This document shows positions 29,524 through 39,301 of a stretch of 54,506 nt of DNA, piece by piece; the first letter of the stretch is position 1; every line of letters begins with the position of its first letter. Where the stretch lies: the NCBI GenBank assembly GCA_013375395.1, contig JABXJW010000003.1:1-54506 (forward strand), given 5' to 3'. The notes under the pieces were generated by a model that was not told the origin of the DNA, did no database searches, and saw only the letters and a list, made by a program, of their open reading frames with translations. Source of the stretch: Desulfobacterales bacterium. GTDB lineage: Bacteria; Desulfobacterota; Desulfobacteria; Desulfobacterales; C00003060. A program made the translations under genes and the position numbers.

Positions 29524-30461
29524 AAGCCAGTTATGAAAAAATAAACTATAACATTAGAGCGGCGAAATGTATTGAACGGAAAATGTTATGTGAATCATTC
29601 AGACGTTTATCTGTTTTTGGAAAAATAGAATCGTATAATTATGTCGGTTTTGGTTCAACATATTTCAGTGACTTTTCTTTTTTCCATAAGTCGTTGGATA
29701 TCAGAAACATGATAAGCATAGAAAAGGACGAAAATAATAAAGATAGATTTGAATTCAATCGGCCGTTTCGATGCATAAAAATGGAGTATGGTTCTTCGAA
29801 TGAAATTCTCCAAAAGCTAAATTGGGACGCAAGAACTATATTGTGGCTTGATTATGATGGCCGTTTAAATCAAGAAGTGTTGTTAGATATTAATTCCTTC
29901 TGTACAAAAGTAACTCCAGGGAGTCTCATCATTATTTCTGTTAATGCAGAACCGGGAAAAGAACTGGGAACACGCTTTCAAAAGTTGCGCGACGCAGTCG
30001 GCCATAAAAAGATACCAGAAGGAACACGCGAGAAAGATCTTTTGAAATGGGGTACAGCAAAGGTGTTTAGGGCAATTATTTATAATGAGATCATGCAAAT
30101 CCTGAATGGACGGAATGGAGTGCGAAGTCAAGGCAACAAGCTTTGTTACAGACAGCTATTTAATTTCAATTATTCAGATGGTGCTAAGATGCTCACGACA
30201 GGGGGGATTATTTACGACGAAGGCCAAAGGCCATTATTTGATAGGTGTTCTTTTCGGGACCTCTTATATATTCGCGAGGAAGATGAAGCCTACCATATAG
30301 AAATTCCCAACCTTACCTTCAAAGAAATACGATATCTTGATGAGCAACTACCAAGAAAGCAGGGGCAGACCCTAACAATATCTGGAGTTCGACAAGCAGA
30401 TATTAATAAGTATGAGAAGGTGTATAGGTATTTTCCTGCTTTTACAGAGGCTAATTTGTGA
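29520..30461 (+). CDS. Putative SAM-dependent (O-)methyltransferase
   Basis: 'YNIRAAKCIERKM', 'YVGFGSTYFSDF', 'MISIE', 'ILWLDYDG', 'YSDGAKM'; ATGA overlap with the MORC gene. Confidence 0.7.
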   Translation: MKASYEKINYNIRAAKCIERKMLCESFRRLSVFGKIESYNYVGFGSTYFSDFSFFHKSLDIRNMISIEKDENNKDRFEFNRPFRCIKMEYGSSNEILQKLNWDARTILWLDYDGRLNQEVLLDINSFCTKVTPGSLIIISVNAEPGKELGTRFQKLRDAVGHKKIPEGTREKDLLKWGTAKVFRAIIYNEIMQILNGRNGVRSQGNKLCYRQLFNFNYSDGAKMLTTGGIIYDEGQRPLFDRCSFRDLLYIREEDEAYHIEIPNLTFKEIRYLDEQLPRKQGQTLTISGVRQADINKYEKVYRYFPAFTEANL

Positions 30462-30546
30462 TTTTTTTAAATTTGTGATAGTGAAATGGACGACATCTAA
30501 AATTTTTATTAAATCAACAGGTCGAGATAGTACTGTTAAATTTACC

Positions 30547-30912
30547 CTAACCAAAATGTGCCAAATCCGAAAAAGATTTCACTCGAGCCGACAATATCTC
30601 AACCCCCCTATTGATATGGGCAAGAAACATTGTGTCAATTTCACTCATTGAAATCTTATCTTTTACTAATCGAGAAATTAATAACGCTACAAAGAGCTTG
30701 TCATACTTGCCCAGCAAGGTATAACGATTGATCTCCCTTCCGATCTTAGTGTTTTCCTCAATGGTCGCAGGAATCCCCTGCTCTTCCAACGACAGGCAGA
30801 ATCCTAGACGGCATAAAATATTAGGTGTGATACCGGTGCGAGCCTTTAGCATTCGCAATTGATTGCCCGCATCTACTGTAAATGGAATGCGTTGGAGGGT
30901 TAGTTCGTACAT
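30547..30912 (-). CDS. dndE: DNA sulfur modification protein DndE
   Basis: 'LKARTGITPNILCRLGFCLSL', 'HINRG'; follows dndD. Confidence 0.92.
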   Translation of the reverse strand: MYELTLQRIPFTVDAGNQLRMLKARTGITPNILCRLGFCLSLEEQGIPATIEENTKIGREINRYTLLGKYDKLFVALLISRLVKDKISMSEIDTMFLAHINRGVEILSARVKSFSDLAHFG

Positions 30913-32927
30913 GTGCGCTTCTTCCAAAAATACTCTTCTATTGAGACCGTTCGCTTGGTTTCATTCTCATATTTGAGGTGATAGCAATGAGATATGTTAG
31001 GGCTAAGCTCCTCATACAGTTCTTGATCAACCTCGGTGTCAGTAGACAACAGAATTACCTGGTGAGAAGCCTTAGGAAAGTAATTTTCGATTAAGTTGCG
31101 CCGATGGTCACTGTCGAGCCGACCAAGTGGTGTGTCCACAATGACAGGCAAGGGCCGACCCGATGTCTTGGCCAAGCCCCATAGGACAGAGATTGCATAC
31201 AGTTGTTTTTCTCCAGAAGAAAGACCCTCCTTGGGAATTGTTTGGTGAAAACGGTCATAGTAAGTAACGGCAAAAGTCTCAGGATCTATCTTAATCGAGT
31301 GAATAATGTCATCCTTGCGACAAAGCTTGTTAAGACAATCAACCACTGCCTGGCTGAGTTGGCCAATTTTTTTCTCAGTTAATCTCTTGAGATAAGTATC
31401 TAGAGTAGCTTGAATAGTTTTTACCAAAGAAAGTCGGCTTTCGATAGATTCCTCATGCATTTGCTTCTCAATTAACTTCTTTTGGTCTCGCTGCAATAGC
31501 ATGAGGTCATATTTTTTCTTGAGAACCTCTTCCTCATTCTTTTTCTTTTTGTAATGAAGATCTCCCATACGTTGGCTTAATGATGATAATTCCTCGAATA
31601 TTGGTTGGACTTGGGCTTCGGCTGGGCCTTTGGCTAGTTGCTTCGAGGTGGTCCGCAAGTCGCGAATATCCCTTTCAAGCGCTTGACCGACCTTCTTTAC
31701 ACGTGGGAGAGATCGTCTGTCACTATCATTTAGCCACTCGAGAATTTGCTGTGACTCTGATGCAGAAAAACCGAATATCACCTGAATGTTGTTTTGATAC
31801 GCAGGGGGTTGAACTCGTGGCCTGATAACACTTTGTATGATAGAAGTGACTTCCTGTTTTGATGAGTTGTTAAGTTTTAACTTACTAGAGGAAACAGCTG
31901 ACAGTAACTCATCTTGCAAGCCCTCTATTTCATTCCTCACTGCACTCCAGTGTACGATTTCCTTTTCTTTTGAAATTTGCTCTTGAAGCGCTTTGCTCAC
32001 TGAAGGACACAAACTGAAGGGATAAGTTAATTCACATTCCTCTTTTATCTGGGCCTTATATTTTTCTATCTGAGCAGTAATAGCTACTTTTTTATTCTTG
32101 AGTGAATCCCGTTTTGAGGCAAAGACATGTCCTTCTTGGTGAAGGCGCTGCTCCCTTGCTCGAATATCAGCAGTTATCCCGTTTATCTTCGTTTCTATAT
32201 TGGCATGTTCTTCTAACAAAATCTGTAACTCTGCTTCGATATTGCCAATTTTCATTTCTATTTCGTTCCAGTCTTTTTGATCACGTTTGGTAGAAAGCTT
32301 CTTTGCCTCGCGGGAAGAGTAAATTGCTAAATCGGCTTTAAGTTTTTCAACCACATCCAGGCCTAAAAGTGTTTTTATTGAATCTACCAGGGCATAACTG
32401 CCGGTTTTGTCCTCTGCTATGCTTTTGATCTTTTCTCCATCAAAGAAAAAGAGTTGAGAAAGGCGCTCTGGAATTATTTCTTCAACGAATCCCTTCCAGT
32501 ACTCAGGTGTAATGTCATCCAATGCTTGGCCATTCACAAAAATTTTAAGAAACTCTTTTACACCTTTTCGCTTTTTTAATGTCCAAGAGCGTTCAACATA
32601 ATAGCTTTGTTTCTCCCCCATGAAGACATAATCAAACTCAATTGCCACTTTTGCATACTCTGGGGATAGCAATCCATTTCCGGACTGATGGACCTGTTGT
32701 CGTAAGAAGGCTTCATACCTTTCTTGACTTATTCGATCTCCTAAAATTGACATCCCATACAAAACCAACCTTATCGCATCCAAGAAAGTTGTTTTGCCTG
32801 CGCCATTCTTGCCACCAAACAAAATTACAGGCCGTTCTTTCCTGTATTTTACACGCGGCGTGAGGTCGAACTCAACCTTGCCCGAATACAAACCAAAGTT
32901 TTCCAAAATTACTTTATTTAAAAGCAT
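30900..32927 (-). CDS. dndD: DNA sulfur modification protein DndD
   Basis: 'FGGKNGAGKTT', 'LFFFDGEKI', 'LSSGEKQ', 'IVDTPLGRLDSDHR', 'ASHQVILLSTDTE'. Confidence 0.95.
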   Translation of the reverse strand: MLLNKVILENFGLYSGKVEFDLTPRVKYRKERPVILFGGKNGAGKTTFLDAIRLVLYGMSILGDRISQERYEAFLRQQVHQSGNGLLSPEYAKVAIEFDYVFMGEKQSYYVERSWTLKKRKGVKEFLKIFVNGQALDDITPEYWKGFVEEIIPERLSQLFFFDGEKIKSIAEDKTGSYALVDSIKTLLGLDVVEKLKADLAIYSSREAKKLSTKRDQKDWNEIEMKIGNIEAELQILLEEHANIETKINGITADIRAREQRLHQEGHVFASKRDSLKNKKVAITAQIEKYKAQIKEECELTYPFSLCPSVSKALQEQISKEKEIVHWSAVRNEIEGLQDELLSAVSSSKLKLNNSSKQEVTSIIQSVIRPRVQPPAYQNNIQVIFGFSASESQQILEWLNDSDRRSLPRVKKVGQALERDIRDLRTTSKQLAKGPAEAQVQPIFEELSSLSQRMGDLHYKKKKNEEEVLKKKYDLMLLQRDQKKLIEKQMHEESIESRLSLVKTIQATLDTYLKRLTEKKIGQLSQAVVDCLNKLCRKDDIIHSIKIDPETFAVTYYDRFHQTIPKEGLSSGEKQLYAISVLWGLAKTSGRPLPVIVDTPLGRLDSDHRRNLIENYFPKASHQVILLSTDTEVDQELYEELSPNISHCYHLKYENETKRTVSIEEYFWKKRTCTN

Positions 32928-32938
32928 ATCTTCAGACT

Positions 32939-34375
32939 TTATTCTTCTATTCCTGCCTCGGCGAATACTTCCTCGCGCGAACGCCAGTCTTTCTTGAGCA
33001 CGGATTCTATATTAGTAAAAATTGCAGAGCGCCTGCTCATGCCATATTGTCGTTTTTCTGCGTCAAACAATTCTGTGAGGAGCCCGATAGGTAAATCATA
33101 TTCCTGACACACATCTTTTAATACCTGAAATTCCGTACCACCCATTCCTGACCAGTCATCAGTATGAACTTCTAAATGGTCCCCGGTTACCTGATGATAC
33201 ACCTGCGGCAAAGTATCCAGCCAATCACCCTCCTCGAAAAACCAAATTCGACGTATTTCAAGCAACTCTTCTTTGGAAATAAGGGTCACAGTTGGATCTG
33301 GGCCATGCTCTCGCACGGACTTTTCAGTTTCAAGGAGTCGACGTAAGATTTCTTTGCGAAAATCAAAGAGATAGGGCCCCCAAATAAGTTTCTGGGTTCC
33401 GTCTACATTCCTATACTGAACTTTTCCGGTTCTCCTTCTAAAATCTCGTATCTTTTTTTTCCCATCTGGGTCCTGCGTGGCAGCAAGCCAGTCTCGAAAA
33501 TCAAGCAAAGGTTGCATCCACTCTTCACCCTTCTTGATCATGGATGTCATGGAAATATCTGCTTTCACTACAGTGCATGTCCAGCATCCAAATCGACTAT
33601 TGCCGCAAGGAGGCGTTGTTTTATCTATGACCAGTGGACACTCGCCATCCTGAGCATTTTTGTACATGGTGAGCAGCTCGGAATTATCATCACCCCATGG
33701 CGATGGATGTGAAAGTAAATACTCCCAGACTTCTTCTGTATACCAGTCTTCGATTGGGGTTAAGACCCAGGCGTTGGGCAATTCTCCATGGCGGGTGAGG
33801 TATTCCCCCACTCTTTTGCGTTTATTCATATTTCCAGCACGAGATGCGCTTTCCGTTCGGCGAGCGCCAAGGACAACGACAACTTCGCCAAATGTAGCGA
33901 CTTTATCTGTAATAAACCTATTGGCAGGTTCAATTTTTAACCGATCCGTACACCAGCGAAACTTACTATATGGTGCTGGATAGCCTCGGCCTATCAGGTT
34001 TGCCCAAAAGGTGTCTCCAATCTGCGGGGTAACCTTGTGCGCCTCAAAGGGCAAAGACTGTTGGGAGGCCGCTTGATTGAGCTTGTCAAGAGTGCGGTGA
34101 AGGTAATCCACAATAACCGGTGTCTCAACAAAGGTATCAGACGAGATAATAAAAACCTTTTTGTTCAGTTGTTCTGTCGGAAGTCGTTGCAAACTCGTCC
34201 AAACGACCTGAAGGGTTACGGTAGAGTCTTTACCACCACTGAATCCTATAACCCATGGACGACTATCAGCGAGGTAAATTTTCTGCACGCGTGAGTATAA
34301 ACTTTCCAGATATTCTTCCGAGAAGATACTATCGGATTGGCAGCAGGCGTTATTTTGAGTTTTGGCCTTTTTCAT
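32939..34375 (-). CDS. dndC: DNA phosphorothioation sulfurtransferase DndC
   Basis: 'PWVIGFSGGKDS', 'FRWCTDRLKIEP', 'GECPLVID...CGNSRFGCWTCTVV'. Confidence 0.96.
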   Translation of the reverse strand: MKKAKTQNNACCQSDSIFSEEYLESLYSRVQKIYLADSRPWVIGFSGGKDSTVTLQVVWTSLQRLPTEQLNKKVFIISSDTFVETPVIVDYLHRTLDKLNQAASQQSLPFEAHKVTPQIGDTFWANLIGRGYPAPYSKFRWCTDRLKIEPANRFITDKVATFGEVVVVLGARRTESASRAGNMNKRKRVGEYLTRHGELPNAWVLTPIEDWYTEEVWEYLLSHPSPWGDDNSELLTMYKNAQDGECPLVIDKTTPPCGNSRFGCWTCTVVKADISMTSMIKKGEEWMQPLLDFRDWLAATQDPDGKKKIRDFRRRTGKVQYRNVDGTQKLIWGPYLFDFRKEILRRLLETEKSVREHGPDPTVTLISKEELLEIRRIWFFEEGDWLDTLPQVYHQVTGDHLEVHTDDWSGMGGTEFQVLKDVCQEYDLPIGLLTELFDAEKRQYGMSRRSAIFTNIESVLKKDWRSREEVFAEAGIEE

Positions 34376-35465
34376 ATTTGTCTTCTATAAGTTGTTCACT
34401 GGGATCAAGCGGCAGGTTAAGCACTTTTTTTATAGCATTTGCGGTTAAAATTACATTGGTTTGGGATTTATTAAGTCGTCCGCCAACTAAGGCACGACCC
34501 TCCCACAGGTCGGCGTTATCCCGTGCCCAGTTTATTGTTCTAATCTTCTTTAGCCGGTGTTTCCATTTTTTGGGTTCTGTGGCGATTAAACTGCTTCCGG
34601 CAATCGCTAAGGCCTGGAGCGCGATCCCATGGGCATGTACATAATCCTTACGAAGTTCACTCGTGGTTACCTCTCGCTTAACAGCGGCAAGCCAATCTGG
34701 CATGTTTTTGGCTATTTCAGTCCAATAATCAAAGGCCAGCTTTTCCTCGGGTGGGCTTACCTCCTCCTCCACTTTTTTTTGCAGAAGTCGCTTTGTTGCC
34801 AGATAGATGCTGCTAAGAGTGAAAAGTTTTCTCGAACGGTTCGATATGGTGCTCCTTGCCGTTTCTGTCATCCCTTTGAATACTGTTACTTTTTTTATTA
34901 AACGGCTCACTAATCTTGCCATTGGGTCCCGGTGGTCATAAAGGATCCCCAATGATTTGGTGGGACGCACTGCGTACCGATTGAGATCGGCAAACATCTG
35001 TTGGCTCTGCTTTAATCCTGAATCTACAAAAAGGACAACTGTAATCGTCTCATGACCTAAGGCTGGATTTTCTTCAAGGGCTGCCTCAATGGCTGCCCGC
35101 CTGTGTTGACCATCATTAATAAGAAATTTCGCTTCCATCGGGACAGATAAGATCCCAATTTTGCGACCTATTGTGTCTTCACCTAACGCCTTAAAGTCAA
35201 CCTCTGCATCAATAGAAGCACTGATCGCGGAAAAAACATGACTATTCGAGTTTTCCACAATATATCGAGTAAGGGCAGGTATTCTTCCTTTATTGAGCGA
35301 GCGCTGTGCTCTCAGCTCAGATGGAACGTCCTCGTTATTATAATTGAACATCTTTGGAAGAAGATGGAGAGGGCACATGGTGCTGTAATACTCTCTCCCA
35401 GCTTGAATCCCTCGAATGGCTGGAAATGAAATAGTATAATCGCGCGTCAATTTACTGATTGTCAT
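34350..35465 (-). CDS. dndB: DNA sulfur modification protein DndB (DGQHR)
   Basis: 'FPAIRGIQAGREYY', 'RAQR.LN', 'INDGQHRRAAI', 'QQMFADLN'. Confidence 0.95.
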   Translation of the reverse strand: MTISKLTRDYTISFPAIRGIQAGREYYSTMCPLHLLPKMFNYNNEDVPSELRAQRSLNKGRIPALTRYIVENSNSHVFSAISASIDAEVDFKALGEDTIGRKIGILSVPMEAKFLINDGQHRRAAIEAALEENPALGHETITVVLFVDSGLKQSQQMFADLNRYAVRPTKSLGILYDHRDPMARLVSRLIKKVTVFKGMTETARSTISNRSRKLFTLSSIYLATKRLLQKKVEEEVSPPEEKLAFDYWTEIAKNMPDWLAAVKREVTTSELRKDYVHAHGIALQALAIAGSSLIATEPKKWKHRLKKIRTINWARDNADLWEGRALVGGRLNKSQTNVILTANAIKKVLNLPLDPSEQLIEDKYEKGQNSK

Positions 35466-35842
35466 CTTATTTTTTCAGTTAAAACAATTGGTTTTGACTA
35501 AAATATTTTAAACAGAAGGCGTTTGTTTGGAAGTTATCATAAAAACTTCCAAATACAAACAATAAACTTCCAAATAAGGAAATTTGGTGTCGAAATTCAA
35601 TGGGCACTATCCTTAAATTATTGACGAATATAATAAAGAGGGATAAAGGACAAGAGCCCGTCTAGGGAGCTTCGCCGGGCCAAGCTAGCGTATTGTTAAA
35701 GCTATAAAAAGTATGATTTTATGTTATGTCTTTTAGGGGTTAGAATCCCTTTTTCGCTATAAATATGATGGTTTTTTCAGTGTAACAAAAATGGCAGAAG
35801 AGAACAGGCTTTTCCGCGTGTCACAGACAAAACAGGTGATAA

Positions 35843-36739
35843 ATGAACAAGGCAAAGATTAAGAGCCTCTTTTCAAAAATTACTATTTGGAAACGTGGTG
35901 GGCAACGGGCCCCACACAAGCCTCTTCTGGCACTCTATGCACTTGGACGTTATGCCCATACTGAGGAAAGATTCATCTCATACGTGGATGTCGACAGAGA
36001 CCTTCGAAATCTCTTGATGGAGTTTGGCCCCCGAAGAGGAAGCTATCATCCTGAGTATCCGTTCTGGCGACTACAGAACGATGGCATCTGGGAACTGAGT
36101 AACGCAGAAAAGGTCAAGTTACGCAAGAGCAGTACAGATGCCAGAAAAAGTGAGTTACTTAAATACGACGTTCATGGCGGTTTTAGTAGAACAATTTATG
36201 ACCAGCTCATCACCGACAGAGAATTATTGGCGGAAGTAACAAAAAATTTGCTTGAGGCCAACTTCCCCACGTCTATCCACGATGACATCCTTCAGGCTGT
36301 CGGTCTTGACATTGAGACGGATGGTACAAGAAAGCGATCACCTTTATTTCGTGAAACCGTGCTGAGGTCCTATGAATACCGCTGTGCTGTCTGTGGCTTC
36401 AATGTGCGTGTAGGCGATTCCTTGGTGGCTCTTGAAGCTGCCCACATCAAGTGGTTTCAGGCCGGTGGGCCGGACAATGGGGTTAACGGTGTGGCTCTTT
36501 GTACGATGCACCATAAGCTCTTCGACCGCGGAGCATTCAGCCTGGATGAATCCATGCACATACAAGTCTCCGAACGTGCTCACGGCTCAAACGGATTTAA
36601 GGAATGGCTGATGGACTTTCATGGCAAAAAAATCCATTTGCCACAACGACCATCTTACTATCCAAAACCACAGTTTGTCGGCTGGCACGTTAGAGAAGTG
36701 TTTCAAGGGCCTTCGCGGTATAGGAAAAGAGGAGGGTGA
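35843..36739 (+). CDS. Phosphorothioate-binding (SBD) HNH restriction endonuclease, ScoMcrA-like architecture
   Basis: SBD signatures 'RAPHKPLL' and 'YPFWRLQNDGIW'; HNH 'CAVCG...LEAAHIKW...GGPD...NG.ALC..HH.LFDRG'. Confidence 0.85.
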   Translation: MNKAKIKSLFSKITIWKRGGQRAPHKPLLALYALGRYAHTEERFISYVDVDRDLRNLLMEFGPRRGSYHPEYPFWRLQNDGIWELSNAEKVKLRKSSTDARKSELLKYDVHGGFSRTIYDQLITDRELLAEVTKNLLEANFPTSIHDDILQAVGLDIETDGTRKRSPLFRETVLRSYEYRCAVCGFNVRVGDSLVALEAAHIKWFQAGGPDNGVNGVALCTMHHKLFDRGAFSLDESMHIQVSERAHGSNGFKEWLMDFHGKKIHLPQRPSYYPKPQFVGWHVREVFQGPSRYRKRGG

Positions 36740-36771
36740 ATTCAAGTTCCAAGGGAAACTTGGGAGGCTTC

Positions 36772-37024
36772 GGGGACATCCTTTACATTTACAGTTTTGA
36801 AATTATGATTCTTGTGCATGTTAAGGCAAAAAGTCTGTTGTGCTATTTGGCAGTAAGAGACCTTGGTATTGGTATGGCTCAAATAGCAAGGCGCTTGAAT
36901 CTCTCATTGGCCGGGGTGAGTCAGTCGGTAAAGCGAGGAGAGACAATAGTAAAACAAAAGGGCTACAATCTCATCGATCCTTAAGGCTAAAGCTGTAAAT
37001 ATGGAAATGTAAAGGGATGTCCCC
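36772..37024. mobile_element. Internally deleted RAYT/Y1-transposase-type element with GGGGAC...GTCCCC inverted ends
   Basis: Inverted repeat GGGGACATCCTTTACATTT / AAATGTAAAGGGATGTCCCC enclosing the transposase tail 'KAKSLLCYLAVRDLG.....ARRLNLS..GVSQSVKRGE'. Confidence 0.7.
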
Positions 37025-37234
37025 AAACTTACCCAAACTTACCAAGAGTCTGAGATAGACGCTATGGCTGAAAACACTTTAGGCACGTTCGGAACGAACG
37101 TGCCCTTTCCGTTTACTTTTGGAATTCTCTTATCAAGTGGTGCACTTTGGAGTAGAATTCACCTGTTGAAGCGGCAGAACTATCGAGATTGGGGATATTT
37201 GGGTCGGGGGCGGCTTCCTGGTCGGGTACGCAGG

Positions 37235-37378
37235 AAAAGCTAATAATTGCAGGACAGAATAAGCTAAATAGCACTCGACAAAATAAGCTAACAATGACAT
37301 AATCAAAAAAGCTAAATTTGGTACTACATTAAAAGCTTAAAATTGTACGGCGCAATAAGCTAACGAAAGCCCGAGAGC
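37235..37378 (+). repeat. Six-unit array with exact 24-bp period (AWAAGCTAA + 15 variable nt)
   Basis: AAGCT core at 37237, 37261, 37285, 37309, 37333 and 37357; ends 1 nt before the Fic ATG. Confidence 0.9.
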
Positions 37379-37379
37379 T

Positions 37380-38936
37380 ATGGCAAGTCCACATGAAAAA
37401 CTGGCCGAATCCCTTGAGGCCCTGAGAGCACTGCAAGAGCGCGGTGTCGTCGCCGTGCGTTCAGGTGATCTGACCCGGACGCATCGGGAACGCCTTGTAA
37501 AAAACGGCTTCTTGCAAGAGGTCATGAAGGGCTGGTACATCCCTGCCCGCCCGGACGAGGCCACGAGAGAGAGCACGGCATGGTACGCATCGTTCTGGGG
37601 TTTCTGTGCAGCCTATTTGAAGAAGCGTTTTGGGACGAATTGGAGTCTCTCTCCTGAGCAGTCACTATTGCTGCATGTCGGGAACATGACGGTTCCACGC
37701 CAATTGCTTGTACGCTCACCGAAGGCCCGCAACAGGATCACAACGCTGCCGCATGATACGTCGTTATTCGACACGCGTGCGGCTCTGCCCGAGGCTGGAC
37801 AAATTGCAGAGAAGGGCGGCTTGCGTCTATTCTCTGTACCTGCGAGCCTGGTGAGCTGCGGATCTGGATTCTTTCGACAAAACGCGACAGACGCACGCGC
37901 GGCTCTGGCCATGGTGCGCAATGCATCTGATGTGCTTGCATTGCTCCTTGAAGGTGGACGCACCACGGTTGCCGGCCGTCTCGCAGGTGCGTTCCGAAAT
38001 ATCGGACGTGACCGTATTGCCGACGATATTGTCAAAACAATGCAAACTGCAGACTACGACATTCGTGAAAAAGATCCATTCGAAGATACAATAAATCTGA
38101 TCCTGCCAGCACGCGAACAGTCGCCGTACGTGAACCGCATTCGCCTAATGTGGCAACAGATGCGAGAACCAATCCTCAAACAATTTCCGGCCGCCCCTGG
38201 CCGGCCTTCCGACATCGCTGCCTATCTCAAGGCCGCCGATGACATTTACGTTACGGACGCTTATCACTCGTTATCCATTGAAGGCTACCGGGTCAGCCCT
38301 GAGCTGATCGAACGGGTCCGCAGTGGCGAATGGAATCCTGATGAAAACGAGGATGACCGCGACCATCGTAATGCCTTAGCTGCACGCGGGTACTGGCAGG
38401 CCTATCAGGCGGTCCGTAAAAGCGTACGCAAGGTGCTAGAAGGCGATAACCCCGGAGCAGTTGGCGATGATGATCACGGTGACTGGTACCGTGAGATGTT
38501 TGGGCCGGGCGTAACAGCCGGCCTCTTGCGGACAGCGGACCTAGCTGGCTACCGCAACGACCAGGTATATATCCGCCGCTCAATGCATGTGCCACCGCGC
38601 CATGAAGCGGTGCGAGATTGCATGCCGGCATTCTTTGATTTGCTGAGAGAAGAGCTGGAACCATCGGTGCGTGTTGTTCTGGGGCACTTCGTGTTCGTAT
38701 ATATCCATCCGTACATGGATGGCAATGGCCGTATGGGACGATTTCTTATGAACGTGATGCTCGCTGCGGGCGGGTACCACTGGACCGTTATTCCACTCGA
38801 AAAGCGAGACCACTATATGGCTGCGTTGGAAAGCGCGAGTGTGGAACAGGATATCTCGCCGTTTGCAATGTTTCTTGGACGCCTTGTTTCTGAAAGTTTA
38901 GAAGGTAAACCAGCACCACAGATACCTACCAGTTAA
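37380..38936 (+). CDS. Fic-domain protein with long N-terminal extension
   Basis: Fic motif 'HPYMDGNGRMGR'; 'AYHSLSIEG'. Confidence 0.92.
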   Translation: MASPHEKLAESLEALRALQERGVVAVRSGDLTRTHRERLVKNGFLQEVMKGWYIPARPDEATRESTAWYASFWGFCAAYLKKRFGTNWSLSPEQSLLLHVGNMTVPRQLLVRSPKARNRITTLPHDTSLFDTRAALPEAGQIAEKGGLRLFSVPASLVSCGSGFFRQNATDARAALAMVRNASDVLALLLEGGRTTVAGRLAGAFRNIGRDRIADDIVKTMQTADYDIREKDPFEDTINLILPAREQSPYVNRIRLMWQQMREPILKQFPAAPGRPSDIAAYLKAADDIYVTDAYHSLSIEGYRVSPELIERVRSGEWNPDENEDDRDHRNALAARGYWQAYQAVRKSVRKVLEGDNPGAVGDDDHGDWYREMFGPGVTAGLLRTADLAGYRNDQVYIRRSMHVPPRHEAVRDCMPAFFDLLREELEPSVRVVLGHFVFVYIHPYMDGNGRMGRFLMNVMLAAGGYHWTVIPLEKRDHYMAALESASVEQDISPFAMFLGRLVSESLEGKPAPQIPTS

Positions 38937-39054
38937 TTGGAGGAATAAGCGGGACATCCTTAAATAATTCAAGGAAAAACAACGGGCAAGAAAGTGGAGG
39001 ATAGAGCAATTGAGCGTTGTAGCGGACCCATGGAACCTCAAACTGAACCGCAAT

Positions 39055-39186
39055 AGCGAGCGCATTCCCCGCAGGTTCTGCCTGACGGCAGTGCTTCGCG
39101 GGCGGCGGGGTTAGCGAGCGAATCGAAAAATGACAAACTTCCTTACGGTCGAAGACTCCCTGCGACTTGCTGCGGGGAGCTTCAAA
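39055..39186. repeat. REP-like palindromic element (CCCCGCAG.../...GCTGCGGGG hairpins)
   Basis: GC-rich hairpins, duplicated TAGCGAGCG, terminal CCCTGCGACTTGCTGCGGGG. Confidence 0.5.
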
Positions 39187-39301
39187 CCTGCAAAACTGAA
39201 GAGTGACCCCTTTCTCTGAACTGGAAAAGCTCTACGGAGAACCTGTGGATTACGAATACGAAGACCTGGCAGCAAGGCCGGGATTATGAGATTGAGTTCG
39301 C

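Noticed and set aside
37235-37378. CRISPR array
   Set aside because: The repeat is only ~9 bp with 15-nt spacers, is not CRISPR-sized, and no cas genes are in the window
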